Positions 40,432-50,670 of a DNA stretch of 64,000 nucleotides are shown here, one piece after another. The stretch is from assembly GCA_030693205.1 (NCBI GenBank), contig JAUYBG010000010.1, positions 2,059-66,058 of the forward strand. The letters run 5' to 3'. Source of the DNA: a bacterium (GTDB lineage: Bacteria > Patescibacteriota > Minisyncoccia > JAHIHE01). A program made the translations under genes and the position numbers. Position 1 is the stretch's first letter. The number at the start of each line of letters is the position of its first letter. The notes beneath the pieces are model-generated. The model saw only the letters and a program-made list of their open reading frames with translations. It was not told where the DNA came from and did not search any database.

Positions 40432-40457
40432 ACCCCACCGAAAGGTGGGGTTTTTGC
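40432..40457 (+). terminator. Rho-independent terminator after the 5S rRNA
   Basis: CCCCACC gaaa GGTGGGG followed by ttttt. Confidence 0.7.
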
Positions 40458-40671
40458 TTGCCCCACACCAATTCTTTAGTTAAAATTCACATAAAAAAAT
40501 AAAGCAAGCCGGAGGCGATTCCGCGAGAACATTTTTTGTTTATAAATAAACTCTATTCGGAATTTGGTGCAGGGTGCATGGAGCTTGACTTTTTTCTATA
40601 ATAAGATAAGATTATTAAACGATTGAAAAATCGTCAGGAGGAATAAAAATGAACAATAAGGAGGTGTTGTT

Positions 40672-41190
40672 TTGAGCTGTTCTTCTTCACACGCAAGAGA
40701 TGTGAAACAAAAGCTAGATCTGGATTTACCTTTTCCAATAGGCGCACATTGGCAATCATACAAAAAAGATCAAGCGAAAAAGGATGAAGATGTCAACAAT
40801 AGGATATTTGTCGTTTACTCTATAAGTACAGAACGATTATCCGATATTAAAGACTTGACTAGAAAGCGAGATGGTAAATATGGGCGAAAAGCGCATTTAA
40901 TAGTTGTTCTAAAAATAAACAAAATTGGTTTAGGAAATATTTTGCAAGCAATTATTTTTGTGAAATCAGTTATTTTAGTCAAAGACATTGAATGGGTTGA
41001 TGTTGGTGAAAAGATATTGAGATGTCTCGCTGATACTTTAAATAGCGCAGAAAAATCCGATTATGGCATTAAAAAATGGCATTTCAACAAGGATAATATA
41101 ATCCTTGTTGCCCCATCAAAACTTATTCAGCATAATATTACTGAAAAAATAAAAGAATGTATGCAAAAAATCGCGTCGAATGGTAAATAA
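40672..41190 (+). CDS. Hypothetical protein (172 aa), TTG start with a strong AAGGAGG SD
   Basis: ORF plus SD. No recognisable motif. Confidence 0.5.
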   Translation: MSCSSSHARDVKQKLDLDLPFPIGAHWQSYKKDQAKKDEDVNNRIFVVYSISTERLSDIKDLTRKRDGKYGRKAHLIVVLKINKIGLGNILQAIIFVKSVILVKDIEWVDVGEKILRCLADTLNSAEKSDYGIKKWHFNKDNIILVAPSKLIQHNITEKIKECMQKIASNGK

Positions 41191-41361
41191 TATTTAGAAG
41201 GGAAAAATCCCTTTTTTTTTGCTCAAGAAGAAAGAAATCGCCCCATTTTTTTATAGATCAATATTTCAGCGTTTTTCTTTGACAAATTTTTATATATCGA
41301 GTAATATAAAATCAATGGAGGAATGAACCCTTCAATTTTTTAAAAAAAGAGGTGAAAGAAA

Positions 41362-41997
41362 TTGAGGAAGGACGAAAATTTTGTGGACTACGGAAAGTAT
41401 CTTAAGTGCAGTATACCCAGATTTTGGAGAATACTTCAGGAGGAAAGAGTTAAGGGAACGATAAAGACTTGGCATCATGTATTTACCGGAAAATTAAAAA
41501 AAGGGGCATGGACGAAAAGAAACTGGAGTAAAAATCGGCTTGAGGAAGAGTTTAAAGATCACGGACTGGATATGGATGAGGGCGCGTATTTAGCCGCTTC
41601 AATACACTGTGTTCTTAATCAATTGCTTCGTAATAGTTCTCCGCCGGCAATTTTTGCAAACTTAAATTGTATTTTTGACAGTACATTTATTGATCGGAGT
41701 ACGAAGGAATATTTTACGAAACTTGTATTGTATGTTGTGGAAGAGAAATTAGAACGGCGGATTCTGAATAGAGAATACCTCAGTCTGGAAAAAATAAATG
41801 AATTTGTTGAAAGCGTAAGCCGAAAATCTCTTGTGATCCATATGGATGTTAACGATGGTAACAAAAGAAATACTGAATATATAATGTCTTTATTCAACGT
41901 AACAAGAGAAGATATTGTCCATTTTCTTAATAGGAACTTTCTTCCAAAAGACTGGCCAAAATACCCCGAAGAATTATGGGACTTATATTTGCGATAA
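41362..41997 (+). CDS. Hypothetical protein (211 aa)
   Basis: ORF with no known motif. Confidence 0.5.
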   Translation: MRKDENFVDYGKYLKCSIPRFWRILQEERVKGTIKTWHHVFTGKLKKGAWTKRNWSKNRLEEEFKDHGLDMDEGAYLAASIHCVLNQLLRNSSPPAIFANLNCIFDSTFIDRSTKEYFTKLVLYVVEEKLERRILNREYLSLEKINEFVESVSRKSLVIHMDVNDGNKRNTEYIMSLFNVTREDIVHFLNRNFLPKDWPKYPEELWDLYLR

Positions 41998-42014
41998 GTC
42001 CTTTTTTTATTCAC

Positions 42015-42045
42015 CCCTTGACAAAATCCTATAGTGTGCTATACT
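42015..42045 (+). promoter_or_regulatory. Promoter TTGACA-N16-TATACT
   Basis: Consensus hexamers, followed by a roughly 370-nt untranslated region. Confidence 0.45.
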
Positions 42046-42421
42046 GGATAGTCATGAATTAACTATGCAAAAGGCGTACATTTCAACAGCAGTTGATCCG
42101 CCGCAGGGGCGGAAAAACTCATATAAGAGGAGAGACATTAATTTTGGCTTACCCTTCGATAAAACTCAGGGCAAGTTTAAAGCAAAATTAGGCTGTTAAC
42201 TAAAGGCGTACAGTCTGATATTCAGTAATTAATGAGTAAAATCGCTTTTAAGCGTATTAGGCATATATTATATTGATGGGCAGTTAAGAGATTTCCTCAA
42301 AATTGTAATTATTTATGAGATTGGGGTTATCTTTCAACTGCCTATTATTTTTTTCAAGTCTATATTTTTTGTAGATTTGGAAAAGCTTCTGAATCAAAGA
42401 TTCGGAGGTGGAAAATAAAAG

Positions 42422-42682
42422 GTGATCAAAATGGACATAATAGAATGGGTTCTTGGAGCCGGACCAAAATGGAATATGCTTTTTGGCATAATTGTGGCTC
42501 TGCTCGGAGCATATGTGGCGATAAATGCCACAACAAGCTCGGTGAATTTATTCACCAAGGGGATAGATCAAGTGATAGGGTTGGCTATCGTAGGGCTCGG
42601 TTGCGCATATGCCGTAATATGGCATTACGAACAGCGCGAACAGCGCCAAGCTGCCAGACCAATAACGTCAAGCAGCCGCTAA
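42422..42682 (+). CDS. Small two-TM membrane protein (86 aa)
   Basis: Two hydrophobic helices. Confidence 0.45.
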   Translation: MIKMDIIEWVLGAGPKWNMLFGIIVALLGAYVAINATTSSVNLFTKGIDQVIGLAIVGLGCAYAVIWHYEQREQRQAARPITSSSR

Positions 42683-42769
42683 TCCCGCCAATCATTGATC
42701 CATTTCTTCTTTTTTTCTAAACCGTAACAGCAGTTATGCAGAATCTTGCCGTAGAGCAGAGATAAAAAG

Positions 42770-43798
42770 TTGGGGTTTAGAAAAAGGAAGAAAAATATTT
42801 CGGATAAAAATTTTTTAATCATCAAAACCTTTAGAAAAAACAATTATTTAAAGGTTTTTTTGATGTTCGATAATTTTTTGCTTTATGGAAGTATATTTGC
42901 TATAATTCAAACAAAGATATTTTTTATCATTAACCTTTTATATATGACCTTTTTTGGCAGAATTTTTCGCAAATTATTGTTTGGAGGAGTTTTTTTGTTT
43001 TTTATCGCCGGATCTTCGTACTATATTTATCAGGTATATTTTCCTACTTTGCCAAGCTGTAGCGATAATATTCAAAACCAGGATGAGGCCGGTGTTGATT
43101 GCGGCGGAATATGCGAAAACGAATGCCCTCCGTCTCCTCCGCCAGCCGATACCAAACCGATCGATGTGGCTTGGACCAGAGTGATCAATAGCGATGTCGG
43201 CGCGTATGACTTAGTGGCGAAAATAATCAATCCCAATTTATATTGGGGTGTTGCCGAGTTTAAGTATGATTTTATCGCGCGAGACAGCAATGGTACTGTG
43301 GTAATTGAACGAAGCGGAACGTCGTATCTTCTTCCCAATGGTTACGATTATTTAATCATTCCTTCCGTAAAAACAGATAAAATTCCCGTAAATCCGGCGG
43401 AATTGAATATTATAAAAGAAGGCCAGAAATGGGCCAGTGTCAGTTCGGTCTATAATAATTTATCGCTGTCGCTTCCTTTCAGGGGAAAAACATATACCGC
43501 CAAAGGCGAGAATGGTCTTCCTGTGGTTTCCGCAATTTTGACCAACGCCACCACTTTTGATTTTGATAAAATTGATATTAAGGTCGTTCTTTTTGACGAA
43601 AACAATGAACCGATGGGGGTGAATGTTTCGGATCGCCGAACAATGCGTTCCGGGGAAGAACAGAGTTTACGTTTATTTTGGAATACCGCGTTTCAAAAAG
43701 AAGTTTTTAATCAGGATTTTAAAGCCACGACAAACGTATTTGATTCGCAGAATTTCATGAGCCGTTTTGGCACCGGCGAAAAAATTCGCGAGTATTGA
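42770..43798 (+). CDS. Hypothetical membrane-anchored extracytoplasmic protein. The true start may be 42944 (MTFFGRIF).
   Basis: N-terminal TM then a roughly 280-aa domain. Located upstream of ftsW/rodA. Confidence 0.5.
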   Translation: MGFRKRKKNISDKNFLIIKTFRKNNYLKVFLMFDNFLLYGSIFAIIQTKIFFIINLLYMTFFGRIFRKLLFGGVFLFFIAGSSYYIYQVYFPTLPSCSDNIQNQDEAGVDCGGICENECPPSPPPADTKPIDVAWTRVINSDVGAYDLVAKIINPNLYWGVAEFKYDFIARDSNGTVVIERSGTSYLLPNGYDYLIIPSVKTDKIPVNPAELNIIKEGQKWASVSSVYNNLSLSLPFRGKTYTAKGENGLPVVSAILTNATTFDFDKIDIKVVLFDENNEPMGVNVSDRRTMRSGEEQSLRLFWNTAFQKEVFNQDFKATTNVFDSQNFMSRFGTGEKIREY

Positions 43799-43810
43799 TA
43801 ATTCAAGGCT

Positions 43811-44950
43811 TTGAAAAATTTATTTAATATGAACATAGGATCTATAAAAAACATAGACTGGTTTTTGTGCGCTCTGGTGATTATATTGGTTGTTTTCGGG
43901 CTGGCGGCTATTTATTCTACCTCTTTTGACAGCGCGAAAATCGTAAATTTCGAAAAGCAGGCAATTTTTTCCGTTATCGGCTTTATTTTAATGGCGGCAA
44001 TTATTTTAACGGTGGATTACCGGATGCTGAGGATCTATAGCGGAATTCTGTATTTGGGAGCGGTGTTATTCTTAATTTTAATAATCGCGACCGCTTCCAG
44101 TATCAGGGGAGTTTATAGCTGGTTTGATTTTGGAAGTTTTAGCCTTCAGCCGACGGAATTCATTAAAATAATTTTAGTGGTAAGTCTGGCTAAATATTTT
44201 TCAACCAGGGATATCGGCGATTTCAAACACGTGATCATTTCCAGCATTTACGCCGGGATTTTTATAATACTTATTGTCTTGCAGCCTGACGTAGGAATGG
44301 CGGCGATTTTTGTGATCATATGGGTTTCAATGAGTGTGGCTGCCGGATTAAAATTCAGGCATTTTGTTATTTTGGCACTGGCATTGATAATTTCGGGAGC
44401 TTTTTCCTGGGGTTACGTTTTTAAGGATTATCAAAAAGACCGCATCTTTATTTTTATAGATCCTTACAAAGATCCCCAGAAGAGAGGATACAATATTATC
44501 CAGTCAAAGATCGCGATCGGATCCGGAGGCTTATTGGGAAAAGGATTCGGCCGCGGCACTCAGAGCCAGCTTAATTTTTTGCCGGAAAAATATTCTGATT
44601 TTATTTTTGCGGCCTTGGCCGAGGAATCCGGATTTTTGGGAGTGACAATGCTTTTTATAATTTTTGCTTTTATTTTCCGGCAAATATTTTCCGTGATCAA
44701 AAAGATCAACGACTCTTTCGGCAAGTTATTGATCTTCGGCAGCGGGGTGATGATCTTCAGCGGTTTTTTCATAAACATAGCTTCAAACCTCGGCCTTTTG
44801 CCCGTGACGGGGATTCCTTTGCCTTTCATAAGCTACGGAGGAAGCTCTCTAGTCGCCACTTTGATGACCATAGGGCTGATCCAGAGCGTGATTGTCAGAA
44901 ATGAAGAATCATACAAAATCAAAGACGATATAATTGACAGCTATCACTAA
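43811..44950 (+). CDS. ftsW: SEDS-family peptidoglycan glycosyltransferase (FtsW/RodA)
   Basis: 10 TM segments and GSGGLLGKGFGRGTQSQLNFLPEKYSDFIFAALAEESGFLG. Confidence 0.9.
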   Translation: MKNLFNMNIGSIKNIDWFLCALVIILVVFGLAAIYSTSFDSAKIVNFEKQAIFSVIGFILMAAIILTVDYRMLRIYSGILYLGAVLFLILIIATASSIRGVYSWFDFGSFSLQPTEFIKIILVVSLAKYFSTRDIGDFKHVIISSIYAGIFIILIVLQPDVGMAAIFVIIWVSMSVAAGLKFRHFVILALALIISGAFSWGYVFKDYQKDRIFIFIDPYKDPQKRGYNIIQSKIAIGSGGLLGKGFGRGTQSQLNFLPEKYSDFIFAALAEESGFLGVTMLFIIFAFIFRQIFSVIKKINDSFGKLLIFGSGVMIFSGFFINIASNLGLLPVTGIPLPFISYGGSSLVATLMTIGLIQSVIVRNEESYKIKDDIIDSYH

Positions 44951-45163
44951 AAGTGTTAACATATTAATTACAAGCCGTCTAAAGATTGATTAAAGGGTTT
45001 TTAAAGCGGCTTTTCGTGATTTTAGCTATTTAGGTCTATTTTACCCCAGTCGCCAATTACCCGATATTTAAGCGAGTTAATCGGAACAATCATTTTGAAA
45101 AATACGTTTGAATGTCTTGAATATTGAATTATGGCAACGGGGTAAACGTAATACAAAAATATT

Positions 45164-45493
45164 ATGGAAAGATTTTATCCTAATTTAGATTTAAAATTTT
45201 TCGCCAATTGTCCTCTTTGCAATAAGCAGTATAATCCCAAGGAAATAAGGATTATAGACAAAAAAGAAGGGCTAATCGTCCTATATTTTATTTGCTCGCA
45301 CTGTAAAAGCGCTGTTATATCTTCCATTAGCGCCGGAGCTTTGGGAATAATGGCGGTTAGCATGATCACGGATCTAAGCGCGGCGGAAGTCGACATGATC
45401 AAGAGCGAAGAGACAATATCGTCAGATGATATTCTGGCCATTTATAATTCTTTTAAAAATCGATCAGTCAAGCAAAATTCACAGAAATTATAA
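45164..45493 (+). CDS. Hypothetical zinc-ribbon protein (CxxC...CxxC) with a hydrophobic segment
   Basis: CPLCNK...CSHCKS. Confidence 0.45.
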   Translation: MERFYPNLDLKFFANCPLCNKQYNPKEIRIIDKKEGLIVLYFICSHCKSAVISSISAGALGIMAVSMITDLSAAEVDMIKSEETISSDDILAIYNSFKNRSVKQNSQKL

Positions 45494-45535
45494 AAACCCC
45501 GATCAATATTGATTAATAATAATTAAAAACATCAT

Positions 45536-46246
45536 ATGGAAAATTTTGTCCTGGAGGCGACATCAAGGGATGTCAAAAGTAAAAGCAAGAAATCAGCGAA
45601 CAAGGAAAAAGTAATACCGGCGGTTGTTTATGGGCATGGTTTGAAAACCCAGTCAATAACGATTCCTCTCGTTAGTTTTGAAAAGATCTTTAAGAAAGCC
45701 GGAACTAATACCATTGTTTCGCTTAAACTGGATTCTGATAAAAAACAGGTTTTGATTTATGATTATCAGCAAGACCCGGTCAGCGATCAATTTATCCATG
45801 TGGATTTTTATGCCATCAAGATGGATGAAAAGATCGAAGCGACTATTCCATTGAAGTTTATCGGAATATCTCTCGCGGTTAAAGATAAAGGCGGAGTGCT
45901 GGTCAAGAACATGGAAGATGTCAAGGTCAAATGTTTGCCCGCGGATCTGCCTCACGAAATAGAAGTGGATCTGTCCGTTTTGAATTCATTTGAAGACAGG
46001 ATCAGGATTTCAGACCTGAAGATCGGAGCCGGAGTGGAAATCCTGGTTGATGACAAGAAGCAGGTTGTGGCCAACGCGATTTTACCCAAAGAAGAAAAAG
46101 AAGAAGAAGTGGCAGGCAAGCCCGAGGAAAACGTCCAGGCGGTGGAAGGGATCAAGCCCAAGGAAGGTGAAGTCGTCGCGGAAGGCAGCAAGAAAGAGAA
46201 GAAGGAAGGGCAAAGAGAGGTCAAAAAAGAGCCAAAGAAGAAATAA
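45536..46246 (+). CDS. rplY: 50S ribosomal protein L25 / general stress protein Ctc with a K/E-rich C-terminal tail
   Basis: Sequence KVIPAVVYGHG...IHVDFYAI... with a two-domain Ctc-form length. Confidence 0.85.
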   Translation: MENFVLEATSRDVKSKSKKSANKEKVIPAVVYGHGLKTQSITIPLVSFEKIFKKAGTNTIVSLKLDSDKKQVLIYDYQQDPVSDQFIHVDFYAIKMDEKIEATIPLKFIGISLAVKDKGGVLVKNMEDVKVKCLPADLPHEIEVDLSVLNSFEDRIRISDLKIGAGVEILVDDKKQVVANAILPKEEKEEEVAGKPEENVQAVEGIKPKEGEVVAEGSKKEKKEGQREVKKEPKKK

Positions 46247-46259
46247 ATTAGCGAGTTTT

Positions 46260-47615
46260 ATGTTAAAAAAATATTTTTTTTATATATTTTTTAGCAGATT
46301 AAACAAAAAAGTAATTGCAAGCGCCGCAATCGCTTTTTTGTTTTTGTTTTTTTCGGTTTCAGCGCCAGCAGCAAAAGGCGCGACCACTGCCGAGCAGCAA
46401 GCCGCGCTTGATGATAAGAAAGCCCAGCTCGAAGAGCAAATTGCCAACTTAAGAAAAGAAATAGAAAATTACAAGGTGGATATCGGCCAGAAAGAAAGCG
46501 AGAAAAAAACCATTACCAAAGAAGTAAATCTATTGACCAAAAAAATTAACGCTTTAAAGCTGGAGATCAACAGCACGGAAATCGAGATCGAGAAGATCGG
46601 CTATGACATCAAATCAACGGAAGAAAAAATATCAGCTAACGAGCAAAATCTGGCCAAACAAAAAGAATTTTTAAAAGAATTAATACGTTCGATCTATATG
46701 TCGCAAGATAAATCGCTGGTGGAAGTTTTATTGGGATATAGCCAGCTGTCTGATTTTTTAAGCGAGTTTCACAGGCTGGAAAAGATCAATGGTAATGTCA
46801 AAAATACGATCGAAAGCATTAAGCTTGCCAAGCAAGAATTGGAAAAAGACAAAGGAGAACTGCTTGACGTGCAGGAAGAGAAAAATAATTTATTGGTTTT
46901 GAGGGAGAATCAAAAACAGGATGTGCAAGTTAATAAAAACGAGAGGCAGCAGATTTTAAATTTGACGGTTAAGGAACAAAAAGCGCTTCAAGAGCAGCTT
47001 TCCAAAGGCGAAAAATTATTACCGGCGATGATCGCTCAATTAAGGTCTTTGCAAATTGCCGGGCAGGTGATCAACGCTGATACGGCTATTGCGGTGGCAA
47101 AATTTATTTCAAGCGTTACAGGAGTAAGAGCGGCTTTTGTTCTTGGCGTTTTAAAAGTTGAGACGAATTTGGGATCCAATCTAGGCAGCGGTTATTATAA
47201 GACGGATATGAGCCCGAAGCAGCATCCGACTTTTTTGGAAATAATAAATGAACTTGGTTTGCCGGATAACGTGCCGGTAAGCAGGAAGCCGGTAGGTTAT
47301 ACGGGCTGGGGAGGAGCCATGGGGCCGGCGCAAATGATGCCGACGACCTGGCTTGGCTATAAGTCGGGAGTTACGGCCATTACAGGGAATAACCCTCCTA
47401 ATCCCTGGAATATTAGCGATGCGGTAGCTGCTATGGCTTTATATGTTTTAAAAACTCCGGGAGTCATTAATCACGATTATAATGCCGAATATGAAGCGGC
47501 GGCGAGATATTTTGCCGGAAGCAACTGGAAAAAGTATACTTGGTATGCTCAGAATTCCAGCGGAACGGGAGTTATGGATTGGGCGGCAAGATACGAGGAA
47601 TTGCTGAAAGGATAA
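46260..47615 (+). CDS. Secreted coiled-coil protein with a C-terminal lytic-transglycosylase-like (MltB/Slt family) domain
   Basis: N-terminal signal/TM, a roughly 250-aa heptad-rich region and GWGGAMGPAQMMPTTW in the C-terminal domain. The ORF-track start at 46047 is a spurious upstream extension. Confidence 0.6.
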   Translation: MLKKYFFYIFFSRLNKKVIASAAIAFLFLFFSVSAPAAKGATTAEQQAALDDKKAQLEEQIANLRKEIENYKVDIGQKESEKKTITKEVNLLTKKINALKLEINSTEIEIEKIGYDIKSTEEKISANEQNLAKQKEFLKELIRSIYMSQDKSLVEVLLGYSQLSDFLSEFHRLEKINGNVKNTIESIKLAKQELEKDKGELLDVQEEKNNLLVLRENQKQDVQVNKNERQQILNLTVKEQKALQEQLSKGEKLLPAMIAQLRSLQIAGQVINADTAIAVAKFISSVTGVRAAFVLGVLKVETNLGSNLGSGYYKTDMSPKQHPTFLEIINELGLPDNVPVSRKPVGYTGWGGAMGPAQMMPTTWLGYKSGVTAITGNNPPNPWNISDAVAAMALYVLKTPGVINHDYNAEYEAAARYFAGSNWKKYTWYAQNSSGTGVMDWAARYEELLKG

Positions 47616-47732
47616 AATATAGATTAAAATATTTACAATCTAAAAGCCCTGCTTTTTTGCAGGGCTTTTAGATTGTTTTTTCCTCCATAAAGTTTTATTT
47701 TTAGAGAGTGCGTTGCATATTTAAATTTTATT

Positions 47733-48311
47733 TTAATTTAAATTTTTTACCAAGGGAACATATTTTGACAAATTTTCAATTTGTTTTTGATTCAATCCTT
47801 TCGCTTTTTCAATGCCTTGTTTGATCAAGTCGTTGCTGAATTCCACTTTTTCGCCTACCGCCAATACCTTGCTTCCAATTTTCTTTTTTAGATAATCTTC
47901 GGCGTAAATTTTTTGTTCGGCGCTTAAATTTTCTTGAGTGCTTCCCAAATATTCTTTAACCGCTCTTCTGGCCAAATGGGTGACTCCTTCTGATTTTGCC
48001 GCGATTTGCACGCTGGCGTTTTCATTTGTGCTGGCAATTGTTGCATCCGATTTTTTAGCTTGCGCCGTATTATCCGCGTTCTTTTCGGTGGTTTGAGTTT
48101 TTTCTTCCGGTTTATTTTGTTCGGATTCTTTGGATTGTTCCGCCTGCGGAGTCGGGGTTGGGGTTGCTTTGTTTTCCGTGGAAGATTTGTTGTCGGACCA
48201 TGAAGAGTTCAGGGCGATAGCCAGGATTATTACCCCGACTATCAGTAAGCGCCAGTTTTGTTCGATAGTTTTAGTCAGAGTTGCAATTATTCCTTCTTTT
48301 TCTTCGCTCAT
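47733..48311 (-). CDS. Hypothetical membrane-anchored protein with a Thr/Pro/Gln-rich linker
   Basis: ORF with N-terminal TM. Confidence 0.5.
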   Translation of the reverse strand: MSEEKEGIIATLTKTIEQNWRLLIVGVIILAIALNSSWSDNKSSTENKATPTPTPQAEQSKESEQNKPEEKTQTTEKNADNTAQAKKSDATIASTNENASVQIAAKSEGVTHLARRAVKEYLGSTQENLSAEQKIYAEDYLKKKIGSKVLAVGEKVEFSNDLIKQGIEKAKGLNQKQIENLSKYVPLVKNLN

Positions 48312-48350
48312 TTATTTTCACCGCCTTTCTGTTTAGTTTTTTTAATTATT

Positions 48351-49301
48351 TCAAGCATCAATTTTAATTTTAGCGATTCTGTTTAATCCGCGCAAATCTT
48401 TTATAACAGTAATTTTATGTTTTGGCAAGTATTTTTTAGCTGAATTTTTTATTGCCGGAATTTGCCGCGGGTCGGATTCTAGGTAAATTTTGGCGTTTTT
48501 CGCCAGATATTCAGGTGATTGGCGGAAAAAATCTGTAAAACATTTTAATCCATCAGCGCCGGCCAGCAAAGCATTTTTTGGTTCATACTTGATTGTGTAA
48601 AATTCCGGCGATTGCCCGCTGTTTTTAAGACGCTTGTAATAATCTTTTCTTACATAGGGTAAATTAGCCAGTAAAAAATCTATTTTTGTGTTTTTCGGCA
48701 GCGCCTTCAGTAGATTGCCTTTTTTAAAAATAATATTTTTTTCACAATTATGATTTTTGGCGTTTTTTCTGGCTATGCGTAAAGCAGAAGAGGAAATATC
48801 AGTGGCGTAAATTTTTGCGTTTTCGATCTGTCCCGCATTTTTTAGGCTTTTTGCGATTGCGATAGCGATCGCGCCGGATCCGGTGCCAATATCCACGATT
48901 GTGGTCTTTTTCATTTTGGCGGTTTCAACGAGAATTTCTTTCAGGCTTTCTTCGACCATTATTTCGGTTTCTGGCCGGGGGATAAGGACGTTTTTATCGA
49001 CATGAAATTCCAAGCCAAAAAATTCCTTTTTTCCGATTATATAAGCGATAGGTTCAAATTTTCCGCGGCGCTTGATAAAGCTATTAAATTTAATTTCTTG
49101 CGGTTTAGAAAGAGCGTAGTCGTTGTGTGCATAGAGCCAAGTCCGGTCGTTTCTGAATGATTTTGGCTTATTTTTGGATTTATTTAAGGTATATAACAGC
49201 AGTATTTCCGCATCAAGAGAGGATAATGTGACATTTTTATCGTTCAGTATTTTGGTGCCGATTTGGAGTGATTCTTTGATGGTCATTTTTAAATTTTTCA
49301 A
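48351..49301 (-). CDS. prmC: Release-factor glutamine N5-methyltransferase
   Basis: IVDIGTGSGAIAIA SAM motif, NLPYV (NPPY-type) and a position directly downstream of prfA. Confidence 0.88.
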   Translation of the reverse strand: MKNLKMTIKESLQIGTKILNDKNVTLSSLDAEILLLYTLNKSKNKPKSFRNDRTWLYAHNDYALSKPQEIKFNSFIKRRGKFEPIAYIIGKKEFFGLEFHVDKNVLIPRPETEIMVEESLKEILVETAKMKKTTIVDIGTGSGAIAIAIAKSLKNAGQIENAKIYATDISSSALRIARKNAKNHNCEKNIIFKKGNLLKALPKNTKIDFLLANLPYVRKDYYKRLKNSGQSPEFYTIKYEPKNALLAGADGLKCFTDFFRQSPEYLAKNAKIYLESDPRQIPAIKNSAKKYLPKHKITVIKDLRGLNRIAKIKIDA

Positions 49302-49488
49302 TATTCAACAATAATCTAACTTTTTAAAAATCAACCCGCAGGCAACTAACAAAGCATTCTTTATTATAAAATGTTTAAGTCGCTGAGGACTGAGTGAGGT
49401 TAGTAATAACAAACAACTTGAATAAAAGTAACTTCCGAACGTATTTTTAAGAAGTTAGATTATTGTTATTTCCTTCGGCGATTTAATC

Positions 49489-50553
49489 TTACTTTTTCTT
49501 TTCCAGTTCTTTTCTCAAAGCATCAACAATATTTTCAATATGCCCTTCCAGGATTTTGTCGAGATCTTGCCAGCTTTGCTTGATGCGGTGATCGGTGACT
49601 CGATTTTGGGCGAAATTGTAGGTTCGGATCTTTTCACTGCGGTCGGCCGTGCCGATCTGCTCTTTTCTCATCGCCCGATCCTCAATTTCTTTTTTTTCTA
49701 TTTCCGCGGCAAGCAGACGGCTTCGCAAAACATTCAGAGCTTTTTCTTTGTTCTTGTGCTGGGATTTCTCGTCCTGGCATTTCACTACCAGTCCGGTGGG
49801 CAAGTGAGTAACTCTAATGGCGGATTCGGTTTTATTGACGTTTTGTCCGCCCGGACCGCCGGAACGGAATACGTCGAATTTCAAATCTTGAGGCCGGATG
49901 ACGACATCGGCTTCTTCGGCGTGCGGCAAAACCGCCACCGAAGCGGTGGAAGTATGGATTCGACCGGCTTTTTCAGTGGTGGGAATGCGCTGAACGCGAT
50001 GAACTCCGCTTTCGTATTTCATATAGCGATAGACATTTTCGCCGTTGATTTCAAAAGTGACGTCTTTGAATCCACCGCTGGCCGAAGCGCTGGAATCGAT
50101 CAATATCGGCTGCCAGCCGTTTTTTTCGGCATATTTGGTGTACATTCGGAATAAGTCAGCGGCAAAAAGCGCCGCTTCTTCGCCGCCGGTACCGGCTCGG
50201 ATCTCGACGATGGTGTCTCGGCTGTCGCGTGGGTCAGGCGGATTGATTTCGTCGGTCACTTCCGGTTCTAATTTATTTAGTTCTTTTTGAAGTTTTTTCA
50301 ACTCGTCTTCGGTCATTTTGATCAGGTCGTTGTCTTTTTCGGTTTTCAGGATTTCTTCGTTTTCTCGGATTTCGGTTTTGACTTTGGCCAATCGTTCCAT
50401 TTTTTTGATAGTTTCAGTGAGTTTTTTTTGTTTTTTCATCAGTTTCTGGGTTCTCTGGATATCAGAAAAAATCTCAGGGTTGCTGAGTTCAACGGTTAAT
50501 TTCTCGTATTCTGTTTTGAAGTTTTTTAAGACTTCGTCGTATTGAACTTCCAT
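49489..50553 (-). CDS. prfA: Peptide chain release factor 1
   Basis: GGQNVNKTESAIR (GGQ) and RIPTTEKAGRIHTS (PxT-type codon-recognition region, here PTT). Confidence 0.93.
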   Translation of the reverse strand: MEVQYDEVLKNFKTEYEKLTVELSNPEIFSDIQRTQKLMKKQKKLTETIKKMERLAKVKTEIRENEEILKTEKDNDLIKMTEDELKKLQKELNKLEPEVTDEINPPDPRDSRDTIVEIRAGTGGEEAALFAADLFRMYTKYAEKNGWQPILIDSSASASGGFKDVTFEINGENVYRYMKYESGVHRVQRIPTTEKAGRIHTSTASVAVLPHAEEADVVIRPQDLKFDVFRSGGPGGQNVNKTESAIRVTHLPTGLVVKCQDEKSQHKNKEKALNVLRSRLLAAEIEKKEIEDRAMRKEQIGTADRSEKIRTYNFAQNRVTDHRIKQSWQDLDKILEGHIENIVDALRKELEKKK

Positions 50554-50565
50554 GGTATTTTTGAT

Positions 50566-50670
50566 TTGTGCGATACTTGTTTGTCATTGCGAGGAGCCGA
50601 AGCGACGAAGCAATCTAAATTTAAGATTTGAGATTGCCACGCTCCTTTTAGTCGCTCGCAATGACAGACG
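50566..50670 (-). promoter_or_regulatory. Long nested hairpin in the prfA 5' leader
   Basis: 12-bp perfect arms TTGTCATTGCGAG / CTCGCAATGACA enclosing nested GCGAC/GTCGC and GCAATCT/AGATTGC stems. Confidence 0.4.

Noticed and set aside
46047-46259. The 5' extension of the 522-aa ORF overlapping rplY, with a KKKKKKKW translation
   Set aside because: It is in a different frame over the rplY 3' end. A proper ATG with a signal-peptide-like N-terminus occurs at 46260 right after the rplY stop.
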